64,000 nucleotides of DNA, from assembly GCA_963667015.2 (NCBI GenBank), contig CAXXJJ010000004.1, positions 1,536,001 to 1,600,000 of the forward strand, written 5' to 3'. This document shows positions 1 through 10,738 of the stretch, one piece after another. Positions within the stretch are counted from its first letter, which is position 1; each line of letters begins with the position of its first letter. This DNA comes from Desulfatiglandales bacterium (GTDB lineage: Bacteria; Desulfobacterota; DSM-4660; Desulfatiglandales; HGW-15). Below the pieces are notes generated by a model, which did not search any database, was not told the DNA's origin, and saw only the letters and a program-made list of their open reading frames with translations. Position numbers and translations under genes: made by a program.

Positions 1-272
1 AACTCACTCCCGAACAGCAGGATATACTCAACAGGGCAATGATTCAGGCGGAGTTAGACGGGGCAAAGATGTTCACTGAGACTGTAGAAAAGGTGAAAAA
101 GGATATTTCTGCTGCCGGAGTAAAAATTATCCGCCTCTCCCCTGCCGATTCAAAGGAGTTCTATATCAAATATCGAAACGCCATGTGGGAGGAAGACATG
201 CAGAGGTGGCCGGACATTATCCCCCAGTTAAAGGAATGGCTTGTCAACCCTGCCTTTCCGAGAGCAAATTAA
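1..272 (+). CDS. dctP: TRAP transporter substrate-binding protein, C-terminal part (5' truncated by window)
   Basis: Open frame from nt 3 (LTPEQQDILNRAM...), typical DctP C-terminus; directly upstream of dctQ/dctM. Confidence 0.75.
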   Translation, partial: LTPEQQDILNRAMIQAELDGAKMFTETVEKVKKDISAAGVKIIRLSPADSKEFYIKYRNAMWEEDMQRWPDIIPQLKEWLVNPAFPRAN

Positions 273-296
273 ATATCCATTTTGCAGAAGTAAAAT

Positions 297-848
297 ATGA
301 CAATCCTTCGTAAGGCAGAAATTATCTTTGATAAAATCATCAACGGCATGCTCACTGCAGCCGCGGCTATTGTAGTTCTGGATGCCCTGGCTGTTTCAGC
401 GGACGTTATCTTGCGAAAGGCTGTCGGTTTTACCTGGGCACCGCTATATGAAATAATCACCTACAGTCTCCTCTGGATCACCTTTCTCGGAACAACGGCC
501 ATCATGAGAATGAACGGTCATGTAAAAATGGACTCTCTCATGAGCCAGTTTTCTCCCAAAACGGCAGCACTCCTTAACACCATGAGCCACGGAGTATGTG
601 TTATCATTGCAGGTATAATGCTGTTTTATACAATCAAACTTACAATAACTGATTATCAGACCAATTTTGTTCTGGCATCCATATTAAATCCGCCTAAATG
701 GCCCATTGAAATCATCATTCCTGCTGGATTTTTTATGTTGTTTATTCAGCTCATCAGGAATACCAGGTCCTATTTTGACAGATACAGAGCTCTGTCCAGT
801 AAGGCAACGCCTGCTGCGGGCAAGCAGGTACAGGGGAAAAGGGTTTAA
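297..848 (+). CDS. dctQ: TRAP transporter small permease
   Basis: Four hydrophobic segments, E..Y.L.W.TFLG and GHVKMD motifs. Confidence 0.9.
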   Translation: MTILRKAEIIFDKIINGMLTAAAAIVVLDALAVSADVILRKAVGFTWAPLYEIITYSLLWITFLGTTAIMRMNGHVKMDSLMSQFSPKTAALLNTMSHGVCVIIAGIMLFYTIKLTITDYQTNFVLASILNPPKWPIEIIIPAGFFMLFIQLIRNTRSYFDRYRALSSKATPAAGKQVQGKRV

Positions 849-872
849 TCGCGCATTTGACCGGAGGTTACC

Positions 873-2183
873 GTGGAGTGGTATCTGGCGTTACTGCTGA
901 TGTTCGGGCTGCTGATTGTGCTCATGGCAACAGGCATGCCCATATCCTTTGCATTTATATTCATCTGCATCATCGGAGCATATCTTTTCTGGGGAGGTGA
1001 GGCAGGCCTTGAACAGCTTGCAATGAGCTTTTACAGCTCGGTGGCAAACTATAACTTTCTTCCCATCCCCCTCTTTGTACTCATGGGAGATATAGTTTTT
1101 GCCTCGGGAACCGGTACACGTCTAATAGATGCCATAGACCAGATACTGGGACGACTTCCCGGAAGACTGAGTCTCCTGGCCATCGGTTCCGGAGTTCTCC
1201 TTGGAACCATGATCGGTATAAGCGGAGGCTCGATCGGCATACTCGGCAAGGTCCTGGTGCCGGAGATGGATAAGCGGGGCTATGCAAAGACCATGACCCT
1301 TGGACCGATCGTTTCGAGCGGGACACTTGCTATCCTCATACCTCCTAGCGCACTTGCCGTTTTCCTGGGTGCTGTCGCCCAGGTGTCCATAGGCAAACTC
1401 CTTCTGGCAATCATCATGCCTGGCCTTATTGTTGCGGCCCTGTTCATAGGTTATATCATCATCCGCTGCACAGTTAACCCGGCCCTGGCCCCTGATTATG
1501 AAGTTCCTCATGTACCCATCTCACAAAAGATTAAAACAGGCCTTACCCAGATTGCTCCTATTGTACTGGTAATCTTTGCAGTTATAGGGAGTGTTTTTAC
1601 GGGGATAGCAACCCCGGGGGAATCGGCTGCACTTGGGGTTATCGCCTGCTACATTCTTGCTGCCATATACCGCAGGCTTACATGGAAGACAATCAGGATA
1701 TCTGCCCAGGATACAATCCATGTTACTGTAATGATCTTTTTCATTGTCGTCGGTTCAATATGTTTCAGCCGTATCCTGGCGACTACCGGGGCTATTTACG
1801 AACTCATTGACTGGACAACGGGACTAGAAGTTCACCCCATCATGCTCATTGTTGCAACCCAGCTGATACTTTTCTTCCTCGGGGCATTCATGGATCCTGC
1901 AAGTATCGTCATGATAACAACCCCGGTATTTTTTCCTCTTGTAAAAACCCTGGGCTACGATACATTGTGGTTCGCAGTTATATCACTGATGAATATTCAG
2001 CTTGGCCTTATCAGCCCGCCCTTCGGCCTGGATTGTTTTACCATGAAGGCCATTGCGCCTATGGATGTAACTCTGGGGGATGTCTTCAGATCTTCCCTGC
2101 CATTCATGCTCCTCGGCTTCCTGTCAATGGCCATGGTCATGATATTCCCGCAGATAGGGCTCTGGCTGCCCAATTTGATGTAG
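873..2183 (+). CDS. dctM: TRAP transporter large permease
   Basis: GMPISFA, LIPPS, GIATPGES, ISPPFG motifs; 436 aa polytopic. Confidence 0.95.
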   Translation: MEWYLALLLMFGLLIVLMATGMPISFAFIFICIIGAYLFWGGEAGLEQLAMSFYSSVANYNFLPIPLFVLMGDIVFASGTGTRLIDAIDQILGRLPGRLSLLAIGSGVLLGTMIGISGGSIGILGKVLVPEMDKRGYAKTMTLGPIVSSGTLAILIPPSALAVFLGAVAQVSIGKLLLAIIMPGLIVAALFIGYIIIRCTVNPALAPDYEVPHVPISQKIKTGLTQIAPIVLVIFAVIGSVFTGIATPGESAALGVIACYILAAIYRRLTWKTIRISAQDTIHVTVMIFFIVVGSICFSRILATTGAIYELIDWTTGLEVHPIMLIVATQLILFFLGAFMDPASIVMITTPVFFPLVKTLGYDTLWFAVISLMNIQLGLISPPFGLDCFTMKAIAPMDVTLGDVFRSSLPFMLLGFLSMAMVMIFPQIGLWLPNLM

Positions 2184-2194
2184 GGACAGATTGC

Positions 2195-2581
2195 TTATTT
2201 TATCTTCATGGAAGGATATTTCCTCTGAACCTCATCGTGATACAGGTAGGGCTTATCAGAGTCCATCTCAATTGTTATAAAGCTTCCGATATTGGCACTC
2301 AGTACGGCAGGGATAGACGAAGATGATACCCATCTGTCATCTTTGAGGTAAAAATAAAGACCCGTTTTTATATCATAATAAATATTTTTTGATGGGTAAT
2401 ACCTGTAGATATTTTCTGCAAGATTGCTATTTGCCGTGGATCCGGATGGAAGAATCTGTTTTTCATGTAAAAAAACCTTACCCTGAACCACTTGCCCCCT
2501 ATTACCATATTCTGAATAACAACCGGACAAGAATACAAAAACTGAGCAAACTACTGCTATTACAGCAAATCTCTTCACCAT
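2195..2581 (-). CDS. hypothetical lipoprotein
   Basis: Lipobox LSGC after hydrophobic signal; GGAGG RBS; YRYYP..NIYYD...YFY motif. Confidence 0.7.
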   Translation of the reverse strand: MVKRFAVIAVVCSVFVFLSGCYSEYGNRGQVVQGKVFLHEKQILPSGSTANSNLAENIYRYYPSKNIYYDIKTGLYFYLKDDRWVSSSSIPAVLSANIGSFITIEMDSDKPYLYHDEVQRKYPSMKIK

Positions 2582-2722
2582 ACTAAACCCCTCCCGGAAA
2601 GAAGAGTAATATACCTGTTAGGTTATTTTCAACATATATTTTACTTTTTCGATATTTAATTTAATATTAGAGCAATAAACCGAAAGCCATTGACTATAAA
2701 CAGATATAAAAAAGGTGATTAT

Positions 2723-3031
2723 ATGAAACTGCCGGAAAATCAAATCCAGTACATTGACCGTCTCGATCTCACAGAAACATTTGCGAATTCTATGGGCAAA
2801 TGTTTTTTTACTGAAGGAGTGGCAAATATAGAGCTGTGTGTAACCCGCCTCGATAAACCCGACCCGCCTAATCCTCCGACAGGCAAAAGATATCCTGCCT
2901 GCCGTCTGGTCTTGACTCCACAGGCTGTAATTCAATTATTTCAGGGGTTAAATGCCATTATGGGGGCAATGGAAAAGGAAGGCATAATAAAAACCAATCC
3001 AAAATCAAATCCAAATGAAACACAACACTAA
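2723..3031 (+). CDS. hypothetical protein (DUF3467-like)
   Basis: AAGGTG RBS before ATG 2723; ETFAN...RLVLTP pattern. Confidence 0.55.
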   Translation: MKLPENQIQYIDRLDLTETFANSMGKCFFTEGVANIELCVTRLDKPDPPNPPTGKRYPACRLVLTPQAVIQLFQGLNAIMGAMEKEGIIKTNPKSNPNETQH

Positions 3032-3109
3032 ATTAGAGTGTGTTGTTGATTGTCTGATGCCTTTTGTTTATAGCTTAAAGGCAGAACAGAAAACAGGAGA
3101 CTGAAAACC

Positions 3110-3304
3110 ATGAATCCGAAATATAGAAAAGATATAAAAACCGGCGACCATGTAAAGGTTGTACAAAAGCAGGATCAAAAAACAGGAAAATTAACTGAAG
3201 GGATAGTAAAGGATATCCTCACAAATTCCGCATCACACCCCCATGGGATAAAAGTAAGGCTTGAGAGTGGAATAGTCGGAAGGGTTAAGGAAATTAATGA
3301 ATAA
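3110..3304 (+). CDS. YwbE family protein (DUF2196)
   Basis: QKQDQ.TGKLTEGIVKDILTNS..HPHGIKVRL signature. Confidence 0.92.
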   Translation: MNPKYRKDIKTGDHVKVVQKQDQKTGKLTEGIVKDILTNSASHPHGIKVRLESGIVGRVKEINE

Positions 3305-3543
3305 ATTACCGGTTTGGATCAAGGTCAATTTCAAACTTAATGAGTTTTCAGGCGACCATTTACAGGTTTCTCTTATAGCATGAATTTCTATCTTGAATTT
3401 TGAATCTTTATCTATTTTCTTCTACCAAAAGTGAAAAATAATATTGTATAATTAGTCTGTTTTTAAAAGGAGCAATTCCTTTGATGATTTATACACCTGT
3501 TTCAAGACTGGTTTTGACAAACTGAACCAAAGGGAGAAAAGCT

Positions 3544-3663
3544 ATGGGCAAAGCAAGAGACACACAAAAAACGGTTAAAAAGAAATCAGAAAAAACCCTT
3601 AAGGAAAAGAGGTTAGATAAAAAAGCCAAAAAATCTCAGAAAAAACTCAACGATTCCTACTAA
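3544..3663 (+). CDS. small Lys-rich basic protein, 39 aa (absent from ORF track)
   Basis: GGAG RBS; MGKARDTQKTVKKKSEKTLKEKRLDKKAKKSQKKLNDSY*; followed by terminator hairpin. Confidence 0.7.
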   Translation: MGKARDTQKTVKKKSEKTLKEKRLDKKAKKSQKKLNDSY

Positions 3664-3697
3664 AATCTTTAACAGTAACTTTTCAAGATATTTAATC

Positions 3698-3737
3698 AAA
3701 AAGGAGTGCGTTTCCTGTAGGCTGGGCACTCCTTTTT
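3698..3737. terminator. bidirectional intrinsic terminator
   Basis: AAAAAGGAGTGC...GCACTCCTTTTT between convergent genes. Confidence 0.7.
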
Positions 3738-3862
3738 CAATTTTTAATGATCCATGATCATTGCATGATAAAAGAGAATTAATGGTTATGGGAGAATACA
3801 CCTGACATTGAGTACAATAATCAATCGTAAATTTTGAATCTTGAACCTTGAAATCAAAAAAA

Positions 3863-5221
3863 TCAATCCACACTGGCCAGCTTTCCCTGCTTTGTTAGAG
3901 AGGCGTAAAGGGTTTCAAGGTCTCTTTTTGCCAGGAAAAATCTTTCCAGTTCTTCCCCCTTAAGGATTCTGCCCGGTGGAGTCTTTATGGAGGAAGGGTT
4001 TATGTTCTTATTTCTGTGAAGAACCTCATAGTGAAGATGAGGCCCGGTTGAGACACCGGTGGAACCGACATAACCTATAATCTGTCCCTGTCTGACCCTG
4101 ACGCCTTTTCGAATACCCCTGGCAAACCTGCTCAAGTGGCCATAGGCGGTCTTATACTCATTTGCATGACGGATGCGTATATATTTTCCATAGCCGCCTT
4201 TTCTCCCTGAATAATCTACAACACCGTCTCCGGCAGACATTATGGGTGTCCCGGTGGGCGCAGCAAAATCCAGGCCTTTATGCATACGGCTATAGCCAAG
4301 TACCGGGTGACGTCGCATACCGTAGCGGGAACTCAATCTTGCTCCGTCAATGGGCGTTATCATAAGAGTCTTACGAACCGACTGCCCCTCTTCATTAAAT
4401 AAATCGACCTCTCCGTCAGATGTCTCATATCTGTATATGGGGAGGGTCCGACCGCTGGTGTTGAGGGATGCATACAATATTGCCCCGCCGCTGACAAAAT
4501 TTCCATTTTCGTCCAGCATCTTCTCATACAGGGTCTCAAACCTATCCCCCGGTCGGATATCCCTCTGAAAATCCACGTCATAGGAATATGCCCTTATCAT
4601 CTGAATCAGGACTTCAACGGGCATACCTGCTTTTATCGCCGCATTGTAGAGGCTCAGGCATATTTCGGCCCTGGCCAGTACCGGCCTTTTATCGAGTTCA
4701 TATAATATTTCTTTGGAAACAAAACCATTTTCCGGGGCACGGATCACCTGAACCTCACTGGTTACATCCAGCCTGAGATTAAGGCTATGAAATAAGGAAT
4801 CACCATTGTCAGCAATCTCAAAGGCAAGTGTAACCTCCTGCCCTTTACGTAATTGCCTTGGGTTGAACAAATCTTTTAGACTGTTTATAACCATGCTGGC
4901 AGTTCCCCGATCAAGGCCCTCATGTACCAGCAGCTCTATCAGAGTGTCTCCTGAGGAAACTGTAATGGTTCTCTTTTCGATCTCGGGTTCAGGTAATTCA
5001 GGCACAGCGGGTTCTATGTTTTCATGAACAGATGGTTCCATGGGAGGAGATTCTACCAGTTCTGCGGTTTCCTGTTCACTGAACAGGTTCAGGTTGAAAC
5101 AGGAAAGGGAGAGAAGAAACAGGACGGCAATAAAAAAGGTCAGGAACCACAGGATCTTTCTTTTACCCTTTCTCAAATTGCTGCGCAAACCCTCTATAGA
5201 TGGAGCGTGATCAATAAGCAT
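3863..5221 (-). CDS. M23 family peptidoglycan DD-endopeptidase (MepM-like)
   Basis: HKGLDF and STGPHLHYE zinc motifs, YGHLS; N-terminal TM anchor. Confidence 0.93.
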   Translation of the reverse strand: MLIDHAPSIEGLRSNLRKGKRKILWFLTFFIAVLFLLSLSCFNLNLFSEQETAELVESPPMEPSVHENIEPAVPELPEPEIEKRTITVSSGDTLIELLVHEGLDRGTASMVINSLKDLFNPRQLRKGQEVTLAFEIADNGDSLFHSLNLRLDVTSEVQVIRAPENGFVSKEILYELDKRPVLARAEICLSLYNAAIKAGMPVEVLIQMIRAYSYDVDFQRDIRPGDRFETLYEKMLDENGNFVSGGAILYASLNTSGRTLPIYRYETSDGEVDLFNEEGQSVRKTLMITPIDGARLSSRYGMRRHPVLGYSRMHKGLDFAAPTGTPIMSAGDGVVDYSGRKGGYGKYIRIRHANEYKTAYGHLSRFARGIRKGVRVRQGQIIGYVGSTGVSTGPHLHYEVLHRNKNINPSSIKTPPGRILKGEELERFFLAKRDLETLYASLTKQGKLASVD

Positions 5222-5364
5222 ACAGGAGCCTTTCGGAGAAAATCTCTGTCTGTCTAATACAAATTGGCGGAATTGTAAATAAAAAGATCCTCACTGCAAA
5301 TCCTGACCTGTAGAAGAGGATTCGGGAGAAAATGCAACCGGTATACTATGTGTTCGCTAATTTA

Positions 5365-5393
5365 TTGACACAAAAAAACATCTTACATATATT
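5365..5393 (+). promoter_or_regulatory. sigma70-type promoter
   Basis: TTGACA-N17-TATATT upstream of 5536 gene. Confidence 0.6.
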
Positions 5394-5535
5394 TAATATC
5401 TGATTTATTCGGCAAACCATCCTCAAAATATTTTCGATTTTTGCATACAAAAGAAATATTAGCTTTAAGGTAGTTGAGTTCATAACAGTTCTTTAACAGT
5501 GAATTTAAAAAACAATTTCATTAAAGGAGGAACCA

Positions 5536-6090
5536 ATGACCGATGAGAAGCAGATTAACCGACGTGATTTTATCCAGAATGTATCGACAGGGGCGGCAGG
5601 TATAGCCTTTGCCAGTATCCTGTCTACATTAGCTGTACCCTCTCCGGCTAATGCTCAGAAACCGGACTACTACGATAAAATGGACATGAGTAAACTGGGA
5701 AATGCGGTGAGAGAGCCTGGTGTGGTAGAATTCAAGCCATGGCAGTCTATACACGATACGATAACCTCCCCCATGATCACGGCATGGGGTTCGGGAGATA
5801 TTCCCAACTCCAGGCTTGCAATAGGATTTGCATATATAACCGAGCCTGACACCCTTGGCGGCAGCACTCATTCCCACGAGGATCATGACCAGTGGATATT
5901 CCTGATCGGAGGTGATGGAAAAAATTTCCTTGAATTTGATGCGGATTGTGAAATGCTACTGGGGGACAAGGTCAGAAAAATCAACTATTCATGTTATTTC
6001 TTCATTCCCAAGGGCACTCCTCACTGTCCGTTAGTCATAAAACGCGTTGGTAAACCCATTATTTTTATCGATGCCAGGATCAATGAATAA
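5536..6090 (+). CDS. Tat-exported cupin-fold protein
   Basis: NRRDFIQ twin-arginine signal; H.H..DQ...L and FIPKG.PHCPL cupin motifs; AGGAGG RBS. Confidence 0.75.
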   Translation: MTDEKQINRRDFIQNVSTGAAGIAFASILSTLAVPSPANAQKPDYYDKMDMSKLGNAVREPGVVEFKPWQSIHDTITSPMITAWGSGDIPNSRLAIGFAYITEPDTLGGSTHSHEDHDQWIFLIGGDGKNFLEFDADCEMLLGDKVRKINYSCYFFIPKGTPHCPLVIKRVGKPIIFIDARINE

Positions 6091-6235
6091 ACCTTTTCGA
6101 TGCAGACAGGACTGGATTTTTTATAAAAAATGACATATAGATAAGCATTCCCAGTGGGGAATAGCTCTTTTGAGGCAAGAAGAGGGCGATAAACACACTA
6201 AAAAAGTAAAAATTGGTATAATAAGGAGGATTTTA

Positions 6236-7099
6236 ATGAATTTTTTCAGGTTCACACTATTTTTTCTACTTCTATGTTTTGTTTTTCCACTGGCCTCAAG
6301 TGCTGATCAGCTTGAGGATGCTAAAACAGCTATAAAAAATGAAGATTTTAAAAAGGCCTTTGAATTGCTGAGCCCTTTGGCTGAAGAGGAAAACGCAGAG
6401 GCCCAAACCAATCTGGGTGCCATGTATGTGAATGGACAGGGGGTTGAAAAGGATTTCAACAAAGGTATGGCATTGATAATGAAGGCCGCATCTCAGGACT
6501 ATAAGCCGGCGAAATTAAGTGCATTCAAACTGTGTATTGACCTTGCAAATCAGGGTGATATTTCGGCAATGTATAATGTGGGTTATATGTGCTTTAAAGA
6601 CTGGGGAGGAGAACATGATAATGATGTCTGCCTGAGCTGGATGGAAAATGCCGCAAGACTGGGCCATGAAAAATCATCCAAGATACTTACCAGTATTTAT
6701 GAAAATGGCAAATTCGGCGTAGCTCCTGATGCAGAAAAGGCCGCTTACTGGAATAACCTGTCAGAAGCTTTTGCCAGCGGCATTGATGGCAAATGGACGG
6801 CATCAATCTCCATGGGTCCGAATGGCCCTCCAATGGAGGTTATATATAATTTCAAGACAGAAGGAGATAAACTGACAGGCACAACCCTTGGCGGCGGCAA
6901 AGAATCGGAGATAAAAGAGGGTAAAATCGATGGAAATGATTTTTCCTTCAAAATTATCTCTTTAAACATGGGAAATAAAAGCACATTCAAGTATAACGGA
7001 TTATTCAGAGGAGATACTCTAAAAATTACCATGATATCTGATTTTGGTTTTAAAGGCCCCTCTCAACCTATGACATTCGATGCCAAACGTGCTGAATAA
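6236..7099 (+). CDS. secreted Sel1-repeat protein with C-terminal beta-rich domain
   Basis: AGGAGG RBS, signal peptide, AQTNLGAMYVNGQGVEKD Sel1 repeats. Confidence 0.85.
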   Translation: MNFFRFTLFFLLLCFVFPLASSADQLEDAKTAIKNEDFKKAFELLSPLAEEENAEAQTNLGAMYVNGQGVEKDFNKGMALIMKAASQDYKPAKLSAFKLCIDLANQGDISAMYNVGYMCFKDWGGEHDNDVCLSWMENAARLGHEKSSKILTSIYENGKFGVAPDAEKAAYWNNLSEAFASGIDGKWTASISMGPNGPPMEVIYNFKTEGDKLTGTTLGGGKESEIKEGKIDGNDFSFKIISLNMGNKSTFKYNGLFRGDTLKITMISDFGFKGPSQPMTFDAKRAE

Positions 7100-7318
7100 A
7101 AGCATAACGATTTTAGCTGGTAACCGGTTAATTGAAGACAGGCTGTCAGGCTGTTAAACCGGAAACTGAGAGCCCCGATCAAAAACAATGGCAAAGGATC
7201 AATTTTCCTGTTGATCCTTTGCCCCTTAAGCTTGGCTTTAAACCCCATTCCGGCTTTTAAAAAACCTTTCATGATTCATATTATACCCGCCATGCATTAC
7301 CCACAGGAGGAATCAAGA

Positions 7319-7813
7319 ATGGAAATAACATATGAAAGTATAAAAAATTGGTTTGAGAACTACTTTGATGATATATGCAAATATCAGGGTAATCTTGATA
7401 CAGTCCCAAGACTTAAAATATTTTTCACTCCAGATCTTAAATTAACCATGTATACGCCTCCATCACCTCAACCCAAAAAAACAATGACCCGGGATGAACT
7501 TCTTATATCTTTTATTCACCCTGGCCTCCAGGAAGACCTCATACCTCATTATTATTCAATTGATGTCAATCAATTAATTGTTGTTGTACAATTTGAGATA
7601 CGCTTCAAGGATAAACCTTCGGGGAAAACATGGGAACCTCTTCAGGCGAGCGCACATTATCATTTAACAGTCGAAGATAATAAAGATTTAAAAATTCGAA
7701 AAATTCACTACTGGACCGAACCCCTTCCAGGCGATTTATTTGAATACTGGTCAAGGCACAGGGATGAGGCTTTAAGGGATTGTGCTATGGAATATATCAA
7801 TTCGAATCGTTAA
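7319..7813 (+). CDS. SnoaL/NTF2-like hypothetical protein
   Basis: AGGAGG RBS; NTF2-like pattern ending KIRKIHYW. Confidence 0.55.
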   Translation: MEITYESIKNWFENYFDDICKYQGNLDTVPRLKIFFTPDLKLTMYTPPSPQPKKTMTRDELLISFIHPGLQEDLIPHYYSIDVNQLIVVVQFEIRFKDKPSGKTWEPLQASAHYHLTVEDNKDLKIRKIHYWTEPLPGDLFEYWSRHRDEALRDCAMEYINSNR

Positions 7814-7966
7814 TCCGGTAATACTGTAGATTCCTTTAAAGAGATAAATAATTAGTAAAAATTTTATTTTAAGAAACAGAAAAATTTTAATTATGCTTAA
7901 TTATATATATATTATATTAATAGTCAACTAATATAACTTATATTACATATATAATATATATAAAAA

Positions 7967-8006
7967 AACAGGATATTGTTCAGATTCAACTGCACAATAT
8001 CCTGTT
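7967..8006. terminator. intrinsic terminator of 8029-9015 gene
   Basis: AACAGGATATTGT...ACAATATCCTGTT stem followed by a U-tract on the minus strand. Confidence 0.75.
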
Positions 8007-8028
8007 GTATTTGATATAAAACTAATGA

Positions 8029-9015
8029 TTATTTGAAATAAATCTTATTCTGATTTCTAACTTCATCCATAATGCAGTCATTAACCCCCGGGTAGATGCT
8101 ACCTTCACCGCCGTAGGTCAGACATGGGATAAACATTCCGCCCTCGTGATATTCCTTGCATGCACGGGCTACTTCTGCACGAACGGTCTCTTCGGTCCAG
8201 TCTTCACGGTCGACAATTGAAGCATCAACACCGCCCATTAAGGTCAGCTTGTAATTAGTGTCCTTCTTGATCTGCTGAATATCGTTGGAGGGGAGAATCC
8301 CTTCCCAGATATCAATACCTACATCAACCATATCCTGAGCAATATTCTGACAGAAGCTGTCGGCATGATGCATTGTAATAACGCCGGCTTTTTTCATTGC
8401 ACCGTAAATTTCGGCATATGGCTTCTTTAAGAATTCACGCCATGTATCAGGGCTCATAAACAGGCTGTGTTTTGAACCCCAGTCGTCGTGGAACATTATT
8501 ACATCAGGCTGAAGATTATCGATCAGCAGTCTCACCTGCTGCATCTTGGACTCTTTGACATAGTCGATCAGCTCATGCATTGCTTCCGGTTCTGCAAGAA
8601 AATTCATGAGTGTATCTTCAAAACCCATCAGGAAGTGAAGCTGTTCAAAAATTCCGGTAGGAACCCAGACCATTGCGTATTTGCCTTCAGACTTAATTTT
8701 TTCGGTATCAGCCTTTGCCTGTGTCCAGTCAAAATCCACCTTATCCAGGTCCGGGGCCTTACAGTATTTCTGCCATTCGGTTATATCGGGGCAGACCTTT
8801 GTATCTGCATTAACTATCGGCATAATTCCCGGTTCATTTTCTCCCCAGTAAATAGTTACTCCCCATGGATTAACCACTGTTTTGCCCTTAGCAACAGGAA
8901 ACAGGTGAAAAAAGACAGGGTCCCATACCTGGGGAAAGGGTTCCCACTCGTTTACAAACGCATCCGGTTTCCCGTTTTTCATTGTTTCAATAACATTTTC
9001 TTTTAAAGATAACAC
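8029..9015 (-). CDS. uroporphyrinogen decarboxylase-family protein (corrinoid methyltransferase-like)
   Basis: HDDWG..SLFMSP..W.E, HH.D, LMGG.D motifs; GTG start with AGGAGG RBS. Confidence 0.85.
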   Translation of the reverse strand: MLSLKENVIETMKNGKPDAFVNEWEPFPQVWDPVFFHLFPVAKGKTVVNPWGVTIYWGENEPGIMPIVNADTKVCPDITEWQKYCKAPDLDKVDFDWTQAKADTEKIKSEGKYAMVWVPTGIFEQLHFLMGFEDTLMNFLAEPEAMHELIDYVKESKMQQVRLLIDNLQPDVIMFHDDWGSKHSLFMSPDTWREFLKKPYAEIYGAMKKAGVITMHHADSFCQNIAQDMVDVGIDIWEGILPSNDIQQIKKDTNYKLTLMGGVDASIVDREDWTEETVRAEVARACKEYHEGGMFIPCLTYGGEGSIYPGVNDCIMDEVRNQNKIYFK

Positions 9016-9306
9016 GAAAGTTCCTCCTTAATATGATAATAAAATTTATTTTTTCCTTTTGAATTATATCAAAACAGATAAAGGATTAAGTTATAACATT
9101 AATGCCTTTAAAAATTAAGTATTTTCTATAGACCCTTTTTCTTGACTCACAAGCCTGATCCACATATTCTTTTTCATCGGGGAAAGTGAGTTTCTGTTCA
9201 CCGGAAAACTACTTATGTTAACTGTCAGCAACGGTCTTTCTTGCAGGCACGGCATAAATCTAACGGACTGATTTTGCGGCTCCATACAGCTCTACGAGGA
9301 AAACTT

Positions 9307-10299
9307 ATGAACATGATGACTGAGCAGGAACGTTTTTTAGGTACATTACTTGGTAAAGAAACAGATCGTTTTCCATTCTTCGATCTTGAACCTGATGAAG
9401 AAACACTTAAGCAATGGATCCGGGAAGGACTTACCTCAGGAGTATCATTTCCGGAGTTTTTCAATCTGGAGCCACACTACTCAGCTGGGCTTATGCTGCG
9501 CAGTGCCCCGTTCTACAGGATGGCCCCTGATCTACTGCAGGATCCGGCTGCATTTGACCGTCACTATAATCCTGATGACCCTGCCCGGTATGAAAAGGAT
9601 TTTGTTAAACGCGCTGCCCAGCTTAGAAAAGAAGGCCGTGTCCTTTACGTGGATGCCTCCGGAGGAGGTCTCTTACAGATGCTTGGAGTGGGAGACTGGC
9701 AGTCCCTGATGGCAGCCTGCGATGCCCTGATCAACGAACCAAAACAGGTCGAAAGACTTTTAAACCGCACGACCGATTTCTATTGTACCTGTCTCGAACG
9801 CGTACTCTCCCGTGTCAGTGTTGATTATGCCTCATTTTATGAACCCATAGCCACTAATACTGGTCCGGTTATATCCCCTGAAATGTTCAAACGCTATGCA
9901 ATCCCCGGATATAGAAAAGTAATATCCGTATTGGATAAATACAATGTCCCGCTGCGGATTTTCTGTGCCACCGGAGGGGACCTGACTTCTATTCTCAGCC
10001 TGATGGTGGATGCCGGCATAAATGTCCTGTGGCTCAGTAACATCGCTGTTTCCAGCATGGAATATATGGAACTTCGCCGTCATTTCGGTAATCATATATC
10101 ACTTATTGGCGGAATCGATTCAGGGGCACTGAAGAATGAGGAAAGGAGCCTTAGAAAAAAAATAGAAAATACTGTTTTACCCCTTCTTGAAAAGGAGCGT
10201 TACCTTCCCTGCCTGGATGACAGACCAAGAACGGCCGTCTCTTTTGCGCAATACAAATCATACCGAGATATTCTCGCAGATCTAGCCTCGCGGTATTAA
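9307..10299 (+). CDS. uroporphyrinogen decarboxylase-family protein (divergent)
   Basis: GPVISPEMF, LRRHFG..ISLIGGID, RYLPCLD motifs. Confidence 0.8.
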   Translation: MNMMTEQERFLGTLLGKETDRFPFFDLEPDEETLKQWIREGLTSGVSFPEFFNLEPHYSAGLMLRSAPFYRMAPDLLQDPAAFDRHYNPDDPARYEKDFVKRAAQLRKEGRVLYVDASGGGLLQMLGVGDWQSLMAACDALINEPKQVERLLNRTTDFYCTCLERVLSRVSVDYASFYEPIATNTGPVISPEMFKRYAIPGYRKVISVLDKYNVPLRIFCATGGDLTSILSLMVDAGINVLWLSNIAVSSMEYMELRRHFGNHISLIGGIDSGALKNEERSLRKKIENTVLPLLEKERYLPCLDDRPRTAVSFAQYKSYRDILADLASRY

Positions 10300-10738
10300 G
10301 AGATAACAGGTTAATCTGTATACTTTTAAGTAAGAATAACGTACATTATTACATACAGTTTATCTATAACCTGTTGAATATCAGAAAATTCTCTTTTTCA
10401 TTTTTCCGGTCGTTCTGGCAGAAAAAGATAAAAAAGAATTATGTCGAAAACCTCTACGGGCAAGGTTATTAGCCTTACGTCAGGTAATATAGTGAACCGG
10501 GCTCTACTATATTTTAATAATACTGATAGAATAAAATATTCAAAGACTACTACTTACAGGTACTATTTTTGCATTTTGCAATAATAAGCAAGAATCAAGA
10601 TTCAAATCCGGCATTAAGTATTAAATAATAAATCCTGACAATAGGCGGCAAGTGAATGAACTAAAAGTAAATCTGTTTAATCACCGCAAGCGACAAGACA
10701 TTAGGCCTGCGCTTCGCAATAAAATTGGAGAATATAAA

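Noticed and set aside
7830..7965. Extremely AT-rich stretch as a replication origin
   Set aside because: No DnaA boxes or iterons recognised; lies between convergent genes
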